Notes: generated from the letters alone by a model not told the origin. A DNA stretch of 64,000 nucleotides from Nemertoderma westbladi (GCA_032718475.1 JAUCBJ010005005.1:4528-68527); one strand, 5' to 3'. Positions 12,780 to 25,834 are shown, numbered from the stretch's first letter. A program made the numbers and translations.

Positions 12780-14400
12780 AAGTTAGGTAGTAAGAATTAG
12801 TTAGTTAGAGGGTGGTACGTAGTACCGCTAGTTAGTTAGAGAGTTAGAGGGTACGTAAGTACCGCTAATTAGTTAGAGAGTTAGAGGGTACGTAAGTACC
12901 GCTAGTTAGTTAGAGTTAGAGGGTATGTAAGTACCGCTAGTTAGTTAGAGTTAGAGGGTACGTAAGTACCGCTAGTTAGTTAGAGAGTTAGAGGGTACGT
13001 AAGTACCGCTAGTTAGTTAGAGTTAGAGGGTACGTAAGTACCGATTAGAGAGTAAGAGTTAGAGGGTACGCAGTACCGTTAGAGAGTAGGAGTTAAGGGG
13101 TACGTAGTACCATTAGAGAGTAAGAGTTAGAGGGTACGTAGTACCGTTAGTTAGTGGAGTTAGAGTAAGAGTTAGAGGGTACGCAGTACCGTTAGAGAGT
13201 AGGAGTTAAGGGGTACGTAGTACCGTTAGAGAGTTAGTAAGAGTAAGAGGGTACGTAGTACCGCTAGCTAGTAGAGAGAGCTAGAGTAGTAAGAGGGTAC
13301 GTTGTACCGCTAGCTAGTAGAGAGAGCTAGAGTAGTAAGAGGGTACGTTGTACCGCTAGCTAGTAGAGAGAGCTAGAGTAGTAAGAGGGTACGTAGTACC
13401 GCTAGTTAGGGGTGTTAGTAGTAGCAGTAGAGGGTTGTGGGCACCACGCCACGTAGTTAAGCGCCACGTAGTTAGAGTTAGTAGGGAATGCGCTGAACTT
13501 AGTGGGGCACGGGCGTGATGATGTGTTTGATGTAAGAGCAGGGTATGTTAATTAGGGTGGGTGCCGGGCACAAGAGGTGCCGGGCACAAAAGGAGTTAGT
13601 TGAGTTAGTAGTAGAGTTAGTTGAGTTAGTAGAGAGTTAGTAGAGTTAGAAGGTGCCGGGCACAAGAGGTGCCGGGCACAAAAAGAGTTAGTAGAGTTAG
13701 AAGGTGCCGGGCACAAGAGGTGCCGGGCACAAAAAGAGTTAGTAAGAGTTAGTAGAGAGTTAGTAGAGTTAGTAGAGTCAGTAGTAGTTCACATAATTAA
13801 CGTACCCACTCTGCCGGCACTCCAGAGCGTCACGTGTAGGCGAGTAGACGTAAAGGGAGTAGATGCAAAGGAGGTAAGTTAGAGATAGAGTAGAGTAGCA
13901 GGGAGGGCACATAGGGTGCCAAGTAGTAGAGTTAGAGTGTTAGAGGTAGTAGAGAGGGCACATAGGGTGCCAGGTAGTAGAGTTAGAGAGGTAGTAGTGT
14001 AGTAGAGAGGGCACATAGGGTGCCAGGTAGTAGAGCTAGAGAGGTAGTTGAGTAGTAGAAGGGCACATAGGGTGCCAGATAGTAGAGTGGTTGTGGGCAC
14101 CGCAAGCGCCACGTAGTTAGAAGAGTGGAGTAGAGTTAGTAGAGCTAGTTAGTAGAGTTAGCAGAGCTAGTGGAGTAGAGTTAGCAGAGCTAGTGGAGTA
14201 GAGTTAGTAGAGCTAGTTAGCAGAGTTAGTAGACTCAGAGGAGTCAAGTAGAGTTAGTAGAAGTAGAAAGTTAGTAGGAGTTAGTTAGACTTAGTAGAGA
14301 GTTAGAGTCAGTAGAAAGTTAGAGGCTCTCAGTTAGAGCTAGAAGTAGTAAGAGTTAGTAGTTAGCAGAGTTAGTTAGATAGTTAGAGTTAGTAAGCAGT
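12780..14400 (+). repeat. Purine-rich tandem arrays with embedded mini-hairpins inside element D
   Basis: About 16 GGTAC-N3/4-GTACC units, then GGCAC/GTGCC units, spaced by GAGTTAGT-type sequence. Confidence 0.9.
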
Positions 14401-14971
14401 AGGTAGATAGTATGATAGCACAGGGGTAGCATTAGAGATTAAAGCCATAGGGAGTGACAAGAGAGTGGAGAGGTGATAGTGCGGAGTGCGGAGAGAGTGG
14501 TGTAAGTACTATAGTCATACAACCTTTCTCAATTAGCTACTGGGACTGGGGGGCTAACTGACTATGGCACTAGGGACAAGACGCCAGACGATTTCACATT
14601 TCCTGAGTGCGACGGCACGGAGGGGGGGTGAGATTCGTCAGAAGGGATAAGGTAGTCAAGGAGGGATGGAGTAATAGTGCGGAGTGCGAAGAGAGCGTGG
14701 GCGCAATTCAAGTGTGGGGGAGGAGAAGTGAGAGGAAGAGTGTGGGACGAGGAGGTCCGGGAGTATGGGAGAGTTGGAGTAGAGTGGTGAGAGTGTTGGG
14801 GAAACAAAAATTGTGTGAGAGAAGCGCACGATCGGCCCGACACGAGACGCCAGAGGGTAGTGACATCATACCCATAGGGAGCGGCCTGGAAAGCCGACTC
14901 CGAAAAAATATACCCACCCCACACCCGATGCTAGATCGGGATCCAGCGGAATTGTAGCGCACTTTAGTTGG

Positions 14972-15009
14972 ATGCTATCTTCTCACCGGGAAGATAGCAT
15001 GGGGGGGAG
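14972..15009 (+). other. Element D hairpin plus polypurine tract
   Basis: Perfect 11-bp stem ATGCTATCTTC/GAAGATAGCAT, then GGGGGGGAG abutting the 3' LTR. Confidence 0.8.
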
Positions 15010-15539
15010 TGTTAGCTTATCCAATTCCGCTAACACCCCATAAAGTTATAAGCCGATAAGCAATATTGGGAGCCACGAGATTGGATAATTAACCAACTCG
15101 TGCCATCCCAATAAGAGTGGGAAGCAAGCACACAATAAAGGGTCAGGGGCCAAACCCCTAACCCAGAGAGAACAGATGGAGTGAACGGGAACACTCCATG
15201 TGGTGCCAACAAGGGTATCAACCAATCAGAGGGGGGCAAGGCATCGATTAGGTAGTAATTAGGCCAACCGTGCAATATAACCAGTAACCCAATATCAGTA
15301 ATTCAGTTATCTCAGTGCAGTAGTGCTAGCATAGGTTAATTAGTTTAGATAGGGGAGCACGGGACTTTTAGTTACCGTATCCCGCCTTCCATATACTATA
15401 CAATATATCTATATCTTATACCTTTATTATTATACACCGAACTTCAGAACTCATTTTACTTTCATTCACTCTTTATACACGGCGGGGACGCGTGAACTAA
15501 ATACCGGATAAATCGGGATCCCTCCTGGATCCCGTCACA
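15010..15539 (+). repeat. Element D 3' LTR
   Basis: Direct repeat of 8348-8877. Confidence 0.95.
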
Positions 15540-17559
15540 TTAAATATTGTGTGGTATATGTTTCCACATCTCCATATCGTTGTATTCTTTCCTCCTCGAA
15601 TAACACGTCAAGATTCCAGTGTACTAAACGAGTTTTGATGAATCCATCAAGATTATACGGAGGTATTGTTTCTTTCTCTATTCTGGAAACATTGTATGGT
15701 TTTCGAAATGAGTTTATTTTAACCAACTGATCCAGATGTTTATGCAGTTGTTCGAGTTCGACAAGATCAAGAGGATTTATGAGTGGCAGAAACCTCAGAC
15801 TATGTGTAGGATCTTCCGGTTTTACCATGTAATATTGTGTTAGGTTAACGTAATAAGGGTGATCTTTGATCCCATAAAACGAGTCCGGTAAAGGTCTAGC
15901 GCGTATGTTTACATCGTGTACCATGCGACAGACAAGATCCGCTCTATTGTCCGGAGGTTCAACGAGTATACCATCTACACGAGCGGCTTCGATGGGTGGA
16001 CGTTGCAACATGGGAGCGTCAGCGATAAGCTCTCTAGATCTTAGGTTGATATCAACCGGTTGGGGTTGTATCGTCGCAAAGAGTTTGTCTCCGAAATGGG
16101 GAACCATCGAGGGATGAAGGATGGTTTTAGAGTAGAGATCCGTCATAAGGATTTGAGCTTCGGGTTGAGCTAAAGCTGCTTCATCTCTCTCATCTAGTTC
16201 TATATGTCTCTCCTCGAGCTGATTTTCCTCCGCTTGTTGTTGTAGACGCTCATCTAGGAACTCTTGTAAAGAGTAGGTTCGTCCACGTTCGATGTCCTCT
16301 TCGAGATTTTGTATTTCTCTATCGAACTGGGGTAAAGCTAATTCCTTCACCGCTTGGACTTGTTGTTGCAATTTATGTTTCTCCAAACAATCGTAAGTTC
16401 CTTTTCCTATTTTCTGCCGAATAGCATCTAACACGTTTCGTACGACGCTCTCTTCGACTTCCGTAACGGGTTATATCGAGGTGAAGCTGGGACGGTTGTG
16501 TGGGTTAAACGGCGATATTAGATGACCGCGTCCCAATCCAGTTAGGTAGGGTTGGCGAATATCTAGTGAGCCTACTACCGGAGTACCACCGATCAACTGT
16601 TCGGGTAACACTAGATCTTTGAACAGTGAGTACAGTTCGGGAGGATCCGTGATACTATTAGGATCAAGAGTCTGAGGTCTAACTGAGGAATGAGGAGGTC
16701 TGACCGAGTATTCCGGAACTCTGATCATTGGTTTGTTCAAGGATCGTTTGAGTCGAGCGACCGTAGGGGATACGTCGAACAGGTTTCGCTCGAAACTCCC
16801 ATAAGTATATCGTGTAAAACTGTGTTTAGCGCAACGTCTCCGCGGATGTTTATGTCTTTCCGTTTGCTGATTGGGTCTAGGGCATTCGTCGCAGTAATAC
16901 CAAAGACGCATGTCCTGCAGGGGAAACGCGGGTGATCGTTCTCCAGTTTTACAATATTCCTCCATCTGTTCGAAGCTATCTGGGACGACAGGTAGCGGTC
17001 GATCGGCGGTAAGATACATCATAGTGAAATAGAGTCGTTTGAGTTCTATCATAGGATCATGATGTATACCTTGGGGATATCGAGTTTCGAGATTTTGTTG
17101 ACTGGCAATATTGAGATATGTCTCTCTCAGGAATTCCAGATAATCGTTGAAGTCGCTGCGTTTATCCGGCTCTTCAACGTCTTCCCTTTTGAGTTTGTTT
17201 CGAATAGAGTTCTCGTGTTCTATTCTCGGTTTATTGTTCCGACTCCGCTGGGTATGATATTTAAATAAAACCATTTCCCTTTCGGTGTCTACATCGTCCG
17301 TATCGTGTAAATCGATAGGATGGCCAGTAGTTAAGAAGTCCATATACGTACCATTACGATGCGTATAGCGAGCGGTGAACTTTCTATAATCCAATTCACG
17401 CGTAAGTTGCTCCTGGGACATTGGCGGTTCGATATAACGACCATCATCCTCCGTAGTAGTTGGACCAGCGTCTCCGCGTATCAAGCTATCGACACACGCT
17501 TGTAAAGGTAGAGTATATCGCTCCCTAATACCGAGATCATCTTCTATCAACTCAGTCAT
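15540..17559 (-). pseudogene. Element B accessory ORF, N-terminal part (novel CxxC...CxxH domain plus helical region)
   Basis: ORFs 16471..17559 and 15535..16434 are in frame, separated by one TAA where C encodes Gln; similar to 36930..37847 (RLYxTMxYL, YYxCxxC, RCxxH). Confidence 0.75.
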
Positions 17560-18376
17560 ATCTGCTATGAGTTTATCAATATTATAATGAGTTTATATAT
17601 TAGGCTAGCGGGCGTCGCTGCCTACCCCTCTTTTGCCCCCGGACAGTGCAAGATCCTCAGCGCCGATGTACCGTCATCGCTGTGCTTTCGCCAACGATGT
17701 AGCTACACAACGACAACGATAACCGGCACAAGTCACTCCACTGTCCGTCCCAAAGGCTTAGATGTACTTCAGGTTCTTTCTGGAGAGTTAGGGTTACTTT
17801 CACAATTGCGACTAGCTACTGTAAACACACTTTAGCAGTAACATTCACCTATGAACGCACAAATTCAACACAACTGCCATAAACTGTATACATTCGGGCC
17901 ATTTGTCCGTTAGTCAGTACCTTCCAGAATGTCACTTTATTTATTATGTATCCTTGGATACTAGCAGTGCGCTATTTATTCCCTATGCTATTCAATGGGG
18001 CAAGCCTTCTATTGTTCTTTTAACTCACTTCTAATTCTAGCGTGGTTGTTGCCATGGTGACATTATGGAAAGCTAGCGGTAGAATTAGGGTAATTCTCAT
18101 GCATACAGATCTGGGATGCTATTTAATAGTAATTCTTTAATTGTCAATATCCTCTCTATATATGATTTTATGAATTTTATCGGCTATTGACTATATATTG
18201 GAGATTCTCGCACACAAATACACTTAATAGAGTGAATCTCCGCTCCCATGATCTATTAATTAATGGAATTTTGGGAATGTTATAAATTGTATAAAATGAC
18301 AATTTATTAAATTCATTGAAATATCTGAATTTAAATTTATTCCCGTAAATTTTATTATTTAATGTTAAATAGACAC

Positions 18377-18642
18377 AATTTTATTCCAGAACGTGTCTGG
18401 GGACTGGGATCCTTGATTCTAGGAATTTTGTCTTTTTAAGAGTATCGGTAAGTGCTACGATATCTTAATCGACTAGAATTTTAAAGGATCTGAATTTGAC
18501 AGATTTTGTAAATATTAATAATTAATATTTAGGATGGGCACCAGTTTATTCCAGAACTTGTCTGGGGACGTTAACCACTGATTCTAGAATTTGTCTTTCA
18601 AGTATATCGGTGGGTGCCGCGATATCTTAATCGACTAGAATT
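18377..18642. repeat. Diverged direct repeat (2 copies) in the B intergenic spacer
   Basis: TTTATTCCAGAAC.TGTCTGGGGAC...GATATCTTAATCGACTAGAATT occurs twice. Confidence 0.75.
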
Positions 18643-19189
18643 ACAGATGGTCAAAGGGTTTAACAGCTTTATTTTGCGTTATACGCTACTGTTAAAAGGA
18701 CATCACGCTACTATATGTATTATTTAATATACGGTATGAGAGCAATATCGCACGAAGCAATGTCAGTGTGAAGAGGCAAGTCGTTTCCAAGGTCTACCCA
18801 GAGCTTGGTTTAGCCGAGACACGAGGATCTGAATTTTGCATTCCTAATACTCTGCTTACCAATAATACTTAAATATAGTAGGAGCTTTATTGTACTTTAA
18901 TAAGTACGGATATTTCATCTTACTGTAGTCACGTATTTATAATATGATACGGACAGTAAGGAAAGAGAAAAAGAATTATTTCTCGCCGTCGCACTAAATA
19001 TAATATATAAGTAATTAAGTAATAAACACTAATATATTGCACTAATCTACTAAATAATCGCTAAATAACATTCTACTAAATAAAATTAAAGAAAACGATT
19101 ATAATAAAATTACATAATAATACATACATAATATAAAAAAATAAAAATAAATATAAAATAATATAGTCACACACCCACTCCGTATGTTG

Positions 19190-20623
19190 TTACGTTATGG
19201 AGTCCCTAGATATTTGTTGGATTAGGGAGGTGGTCGTGGGAAGAGTATCTTGCCTTCCATAGTTTCCGGACAGTTTTCGGTCTCTTTCCAGTAAATATAA
19301 ACGACCAGCTGGGCGATTGAGTGGTTGTGTTACTTTCTCCGCTCCCTTGGCCTGTCTAATCTTAGTCGGGTTAAGGTGGGGAGGCCATTCATCTTCTTTA
19401 CTTAGGAAGTCGGGTTCACCTAACCAGTCTGGAATATCTGTCAGTTCTTGAGGAGTTGCTCCTCTGGAGGCGATGTCGGCTAGATTGATCGTCTCGGGGC
19501 AATGTCTCCATTGATCTACATTGGAGTTGATGTCGTCATTATCTGAGGAGTATGGTGTTCCCTCAGTTGGGTCGTCAACTTCACTGCTCTCCACTTCCCG
19601 TTCACTTAATTGATATACCTGTTCTTTTGGTAATCTTTCCATAAGAGTTCTACGAGAAGGGCCAGTAAAGTACCAACCTACTCTAGTTCTTCCCGCATAG
19701 ACTTGTAGTGGTTGCGGTTGAGCAGGCCGTTTCTCCAATGTCTCGAGCGCCTCATGCGCATTTTTGACCGATGAGTATTTGGACTCCAGGGTAATCGGTG
19801 TTGAATCTAGGTATTTCAAGCTGCTGGGTGAAATCGTCCTCATCCCAGTTATAAGGTTCCACTTGGCTGGTCGCGAAGTTCTTTATCGCTACCATATTTA
19901 CTGACCTTATGCTGTGTTCTCCTAGTTCATCCTGGGGGGTGGACAACGCGCCTACATAATAATCCGCTATTACGGTAGATTTCCAAACCTGCATAATTCC
20001 TGACATGTTTAGCTTAGTTCGGAACTTGGGTTGTCCAGCAAAGATGTCTTCGGCTAGTTCTTTGTCGATGAATGTTCCTGTGCTACCGGAGTCAAGGAGG
20101 GCGTTCACTATATAACTCCTTGTACGTCTGTGGACCCTTAACTGTACTACAGGAAATTCTCGGATTCCTACATATTGGAAGTTGGTGCTTTCCAAGATGG
20201 TTGTCTGTCAGAAGTAGTTAGGGGGAGCTCGCTATCGGTGTCCTTTTCATACGTAAGTGCTCGATACACTGCGGTATTTGTCAGGTAACAGGATTCGTTT
20301 TCGTCGGAGAATTCGTCCGTATAGAATCCTTCCATCTCAGAATATTGGTCAGTGTCGTTCACATCACTGAATTGGACATGTAGTTCGGACTCACTTACCT
20401 GACTCGGGCTGTTTCGTTCGAATTCCGTGTGCAACAAGATATGATGTTTTGCGCCGCACTTTGCACACCTTGCGTCGGAGTAACAGGTTCGCCGTTGGTG
20501 TCCTCGTCTGAGGCAATTATAACACAACCGCTTATCCCACATGACTTCACGTCTATCCTTTAATGATTTCTTTAGGAATTTATCACACATATTCAAACGG
20601 TGGCCCCGTCGCACAGCACACAT
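19190..20623 (-). pseudogene. Element B gag zinc knuckles and aspartic protease, frameshifted; pol ends before RT
   Basis: CYNCLRRGHQRRTC, CAKCGAKHHILLH, ALLDSGSTGTFI and RTRVGWYFTGP lie in three frames. Confidence 0.85.
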
Positions 20624-23600
20624 TTTGGTTTGATGTTACTTACCTTATTTTGAATAACATTGTGCACACTCGTTCTTTCTTCGGACTTTCTCACCTGAAT
20701 TCTCTTAGGAGACGTAGGAGGAGTTTTTCTTACCTGTTCTCTCCTGTCATTGGTTCGAGACTTGAGTTTACTTACCTGTTCTTTAGGCATTTTATTGACA
20801 TAATAAGATCTTTCAGTGTCTTTCCCGCTATCTTCTCCTTGAGAAGTCTGGCTTTCGCCGTCGTCTATATAACACACTGGTGTTACCTTTCTCCTAGAAA
20901 CGGGTTTCTCACTTACCTTGTTTTCCGGTGTCTTCTCTCTGGACTGCTTTATGAGCTGTAATTTCACTTCGCCATCCAAGAATGACATGAGATCAGCCAT
21001 GGTAGGGTCTCGTTGTTGTTGTTCCATCATATATATCATTTTCTTGTCCCAGCGTGTACCTACTCCACCCTTCGGTAAAGTAGAAGCCACTGCTCTAATA
21101 ACCATAGCACTCTGATACTCATGAGACTTACCTAGCCAATCTAATTGTCTGCAGATCTCCTGAATCTCATCGGAAAACTCTATAATCCCGCTGCTAATAA
21201 ACTTTTGGGGCGCTACCAACTTTGCATACAAATACCCAGCTATGTTATTCCTATTACCATACCTGATGTTTAGTGTATCCCAAACTTGTCTTAATCCGTC
21301 TGGATGTCCAATAAACTTTAACGCCATTAACTTGGGAGATCCTTCCAAGCACTCGATGAGGAATCTAAGTTTCTCTCCATTAGATAGCACAGAGTTCTGT
21401 ATGTTATCTTTGTAATATTCATTAAAAGGTAACCATTTCATCTCATCTCCATTGAACTTGACTATCTCTCCCACCTTTACCGCTTGGCGGGCTTCGGTTC
21501 TAGCCATTTGACGCGTAAAACTTTCTTGGGCCATCGTGTTATTTAATATCGAGTTATCGGTATATAAATTTCTTGGATTATGATCAGGTCTATAGGGAAT
21601 ATCACTATCAACAGGTCTATAATTACCCTTAATAGGGTTTACTATAGGAGTTTCTACTTCGCTAGCAGTATAGATGCGTGTAGGCTCCACACCTTGCGCA
21701 TGAGATACTTCAGACCTAACGGGTTGACATATTGTTACAGAGGGTGGTGATATACCCTTTTGTAAATTTACTAATTTATCGCGTTCTAGCGCGATACTTT
21801 GCTGCACTTCTTGCAACTCTAACCTACTTTCCTTTACGGTTCCCTTTAACTGTTGAACAGTCCCTTCTAACTCTCGGACCTGTTGGGAGGAGCGCACTCG
21901 ATTCTCCTTCATCTCTCCAAGGAGAATGTCCATCCCCCGCCGTCTCTCGTCTACCCAATCAACCGCCGAAGCGGGATCCGCCAACGTCGTAGCGGGCAGA
22001 CGAGGGACTACGGGCGATATATCCTTTAAATTTCGCTCGGAGTCCAGGACCGACACTGTTTCAGGGGCTGTTCCTCTAGGCACAGATAATTTGGTGCTGT
22101 GTAAAGGGAATTTAAAGGTGGGTTCTGGGAGCACAGGTGTCTCTATCACCGAAGGGGTGATTTCAAGAACAGGCCTAATTATTTCAGGCTCATCTACTAT
22201 AGTAGGGAGTCTTTCTATTTTAATTATTTGGTCTGTGGGTTCTGTACTACCTAAATCTGTGTTAGTTAGTTGCCTTCTAACAGCTGGGGGCAAATCAGGC
22301 AATTTGTGACGGTGAGATGTTCTTCTACGTCTACTTAGACGAGATCTATTTCCTCCGCCTTCAGGATCGGTGGTATCGCCTTCCTCAGATGAGGTATAAC
22401 CTTGTCTTTTGGGAGTAGATCTATTCATCATCTGCATATTACTAGCTGTTAACTGTTTACTGAAGTTGTCTTGCTTCTCTTGAAGATTTTCCAACTCTAG
22501 TTGGGTTGTCTCTTCAGATGCCCTCCGTTCTGCTTCTGCCACTGCTATTTTTGCCTCTGCCGCTGCCTCTGCCACTGCCGCCTTTCTTTCTGCTTCTGCC
22601 ACTGCTGCTGCCGCTGCTGCTATCTTTCTGTCTTCTATACGTTTTTTCTTTACTTGTTCTTCTTGAACCTTAGCGATGCAGATGCTTTCATTGAATTTAG
22701 CTTGGTTCGCAGCTAACCTATCCACATCGATTGCGTCCAACACACGCTGGGCTCCTTCACTATTAGGGCTAAGCCCCTCTAGTCTTCTCCTCAACTCTTC
22801 ATCTCCTACAAAACGTTGATAGTCCGACAGATAGATGTCAATGGCATCCCTCTTATGCGGCTTCTCTGCCGTCGCTTCACTTTCCACTTGGGAAAAAGTA
22901 GCGTCTGTTGATTCTCCATGGGTTGAGCGCTCATCCAGTTGGGCTTTCCACTGAGTCGTTCCTTGCACCTGGAGGCTCACCCGTTGAAACCAAGTCTTTA
23001 CGGCAACTTGCAACGACGTGTCTTGTCTTCTTTTAGAAGCCTCCTCAAAGGCCGATAAGATTAGCCTGATTCGTAGAATTCTTTCTCTAACTCGATAAAG
23101 CAGCTGTCCCTGCTCTTGAGGTCCTTGGGGTTGTTGAAACAGTTGTTTTTCTAATCGCTCCATGGAGCTGAAGAATCCCTGTACGTATCCGGCTGCGGAC
23201 CTCTTCCACACAGCTGGATCGATGGTTTCCTTGGTTACTCCCATCCTGTGTATATCTTCCCAAGCAGCTTCTGATAAATTTAACGGGAGTCCGGGTCCGG
23301 GGAAGTTCCATTGCGACTCGACAATAGACTTCAGTTCTTCCCTTGTGTATCCCGCATAACTATCTTTAGTCGATCGCTTACTTCTCGCCCAATCGATCTG
23401 GTGTTCTTCCACCGCAATCAATAACCTAGTGAGTACGGCTGCAGGAAGGATGAGAAGGGGATCCGAATAAACCGCATCCGTCATCTTTGCTCCGCGCTCG
23501 GGTGTCAGCTCTACAGTATCCTCACTACTGGAGCTGTCGGGCCATTGAGAAATAAGTTCTTGGCTCGCGGGTTGTTGTTGTTCCGCTGCTTCTTGGTCCC

Positions 23601-23799
23601 GCTTGACCTGAGCTCTAGTGCCTATGATAGACCTACGGTGTTGGACCAGCCTAGGTTCTGATATTACTACTGGGGGAATGATCTTTCTTACAGTAGGAGG
23701 TGAGTTGAACTTCGGTCTAACACGTTCCACACTCCTGTCTAGGTCACATATGGTTGTATCTAGGAGACTGTCTGACAGATTTTGCTTTGTGTCAGACAT
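20593..23799 (-). CDS. gag: Element B Gag (Bel/Pao, DUF1759-like capsid region)
   Basis: 1068 aa; KFNGDEMKWLPF...EKLRFLIECLEG signature; leads into the Cys/His knuckles. Confidence 0.85.
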   Translation of the reverse strand: MSDTKQNLSDSLLDTTICDLDRSVERVRPKFNSPPTVRKIIPPVVISEPRLVQHRRSIIGTRAQVKRDQEAAEQQQPASQELISQWPDSSSSEDTVELTPERGAKMTDAVYSDPLLILPAAVLTRLLIAVEEHQIDWARSKRSTKDSYAGYTREELKSIVESQWNFPGPGLPLNLSEAAWEDIHRMGVTKETIDPAVWKRSAAGYVQGFFSSMERLEKQLFQQPQGPQEQGQLLYRVRERILRIRLILSAFEEASKRRQDTSLQVAVKTWFQRVSLQVQGTTQWKAQLDERSTHGESTDATFSQVESEATAEKPHKRDAIDIYLSDYQRFVGDEELRRRLEGLSPNSEGAQRVLDAIDVDRLAANQAKFNESICIAKVQEEQVKKKRIEDRKIAAAAAAVAEAERKAAVAEAAAEAKIAVAEAERRASEETTQLELENLQEKQDNFSKQLTASNMQMMNRSTPKRQGYTSSEEGDTTDPEGGGNRSRLSRRRRTSHRHKLPDLPPAVRRQLTNTDLGSTEPTDQIIKIERLPTIVDEPEIIRPVLEITPSVIETPVLPEPTFKFPLHSTKLSVPRGTAPETVSVLDSERNLKDISPVVPRLPATTLADPASAVDWVDERRRGMDILLGEMKENRVRSSQQVRELEGTVQQLKGTVKESRLELQEVQQSIALERDKLVNLQKGISPPSVTICQPVRSEVSHAQGVEPTRIYTASEVETPIVNPIKGNYRPVDSDIPYRPDHNPRNLYTDNSILNNTMAQESFTRQMARTEARQAVKVGEIVKFNGDEMKWLPFNEYYKDNIQNSVLSNGEKLRFLIECLEGSPKLMALKFIGHPDGLRQVWDTLNIRYGNRNNIAGYLYAKLVAPQKFISSGIIEFSDEIQEICRQLDWLGKSHEYQSAMVIRAVASTLPKGGVGTRWDKKMIYMMEQQQRDPTMADLMSFLDGEVKLQLIKQSREKTPENKVSEKPVSRRKVTPVCYIDDGESQTSQGEDSGKDTERSYYVNKMPKEQVSKLKSRTNDRREQVRKTPPTSPKRIQVRKSEERTSVHNVIQNKVSNIKPKCVLCDGATV

Positions 23800-23929
23800 G
23801 TTGGTTTGTACAGTTGAATGCCTACTACTATATTACAGTTTAAGCAAGTTTAGTAATTCAGTATCAACTGTTAGCCTAGTAATTAATTACCGATACTGCT
23901 ACTTAGTGTAGCGTGATATATGTATAATA

Positions 23930-24315
23930 TATTAGAATACCGGTATGCTTATAGTATATATATAAGTATTATTACAGACTAGGTTTGTCACAGGATACCG
24001 GTATGTAATTCCAGCACAAATATATATAAATATATAATAGGCCTATCGTGAATACCGGTATGCAGCTTACACTTATAGTACATATAAGTATAATTATTAA
24101 CTACAATTAATTACAGAATACCGGTATGATTTCAGCCTAAATTTATAGAAATAAATATAATAAGCCTATCGTGAATACCGGTATACAGCTTACACTTATA
24201 ATGTATATATATAAGTGTAATTACAGACTAGAATTAATTACAGAACACCGGTATGATTTCAGCCTAAATTTATAGAAATAAATATAATAAGCCTATCGTG
24301 AATACCGGTATGTCA
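23930..24315. repeat. Tandem repeats with palindrome ATACCGGTAT in the B leader
   Basis: About 7 copies at roughly 60-bp spacing just upstream of gag. Confidence 0.8.
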
Positions 24316-25257
24316 ATTATTTTAAATAATTGAATTTCTGAATTTTAAGGGTTACTTGGTTACTTTAACTTACTTTATTACCGTTATTTAAGCAGTAGTC
24401 CAACTGATATTTAGACCTAATTGTTGTATGGCAGGCCTACTATTTATAAATCTTTGAGTTGATTTATAATATATATACCCGTTATAATGGGTTTTTTGTC
24501 AATATTTGAAATAAATGTTATTATTTCTGGGGGGAGTCACTACACAGAAGCTGTGCGCTCTCAGTGGAGTGCTACTTGTTGGACACTAAAATAAATAATT
24601 CTAATTTACCTAAGTTACTTAATACTACAAATTACATACAGTTCGGGGTGAGATTACAATCTCTAAATAAACACAAAAATTACAAATACGAATTTTTAGG
24701 GTAATTTTTACAGGGAATCTACAAACCAGCCTAACAAAGGGTTATAATTCTGGTTATTACAACGGACAGAGTACTACGGTATTTGAAAATAATAAGTAGT
24801 AGTAAATATACTGCGTTGTCCAGATAGAAAAATACCACCGTCTGACGACTTATAGCCGTATCGCTATAAGTACTACGTTATGTATCACGGAGTGTTCCTA
24901 CCTAGAAGTTAATTACCGCGGTCTACCAGAACCAACGTGCCTATTAACCACTTTACAACACAAATATACTGCCTACACACTAATTTCCTTCGGAAAGCAC
25001 TGTACACTAAACCCTAAATTAGGTACAAGTACTTATACAACAAATAATTAGTAGTTAAAATACTTGAACAGCTAAAAGAACCACGGTATCTGCCGGAGTG
25101 ACCAAAGCACAAAATCTCCAGTCTTTACCTACGCCGAGCAGCCCTGATGTAGTACCGGGGTTAGTTTAACTGTAACGGTATATATAACAAGCACAATTAC
25201 TGCAGGAATAAACTTGGGGAATGAATGTTGCGAATAATCGCATAAACTCTGAATAAT

Positions 25258-25825
25258 AAATATTACGCTACGCGTACAGACTACTCAAACAAAATGCAGA
25301 CCAAATACTGACAGACTACTATCAAGCCCAAGCAAACTACGGTATATGCAGACTCCGAAATGGTTAGTTAGTATGCGTCCTAACCTAGTGGGACGACTTA
25401 TTCTTTCGAGGGGGTTTACCTCACAACTCTGGAAGCCCCTACGTTCCCAACTGGCACTTTATCAGACATACACTCTACACACACCGAAATCTCTCAAGAC
25501 CTAACAACAGCCAGACAAAATCCAGCCTACAAATTATCTAAGTAAGAAATATTACGCTACCCGTACAGACTATACAAACAAGGTACAGACCAAACGCTGG
25601 CAGACTACTATCAAGCCTAAATAAACTACAGTATATGCAGACTCCGAAATGGTTAGTTAGTATGCGTTCTAACCGAGTAGTACGACTTATTCTTTCGAGG
25701 GGGTTCACCTCACAGCACTGGCAGCCCCTACTTTCCTAACTAGTACTTTTTCGGACATATGCTCTACACACACTACAGTCCCTTCAGACTTAACAACAGT
25801 CAGACAACAGTCTAGCCTACTGAAA
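25258..25825. repeat. Tandem duplication of about 290 bp in the B leader
   Basis: AATATTACGCTAC...CAGCCTAC unit present twice. Confidence 0.85.
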
Positions 25826-25834
25826 TACAGAAGC

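Larger units (their letters stand above)
8348..15539 (+). mobile_element. Element D: non-autonomous LTR element (gag-like ORF only, Bel/Pao-related)
   Basis: 530-bp TG...CA LTRs; TSD TTAAA at 8343-8347 and 15540-15544; PPT GGGGGGGAG; no pol. Confidence 0.92.

Noticed and set aside
17640-17705. Hammerhead ribozyme on the minus strand (GAAA...CTGAGGA)
   Set aside because: The flanking strands needed for stem II do not pair
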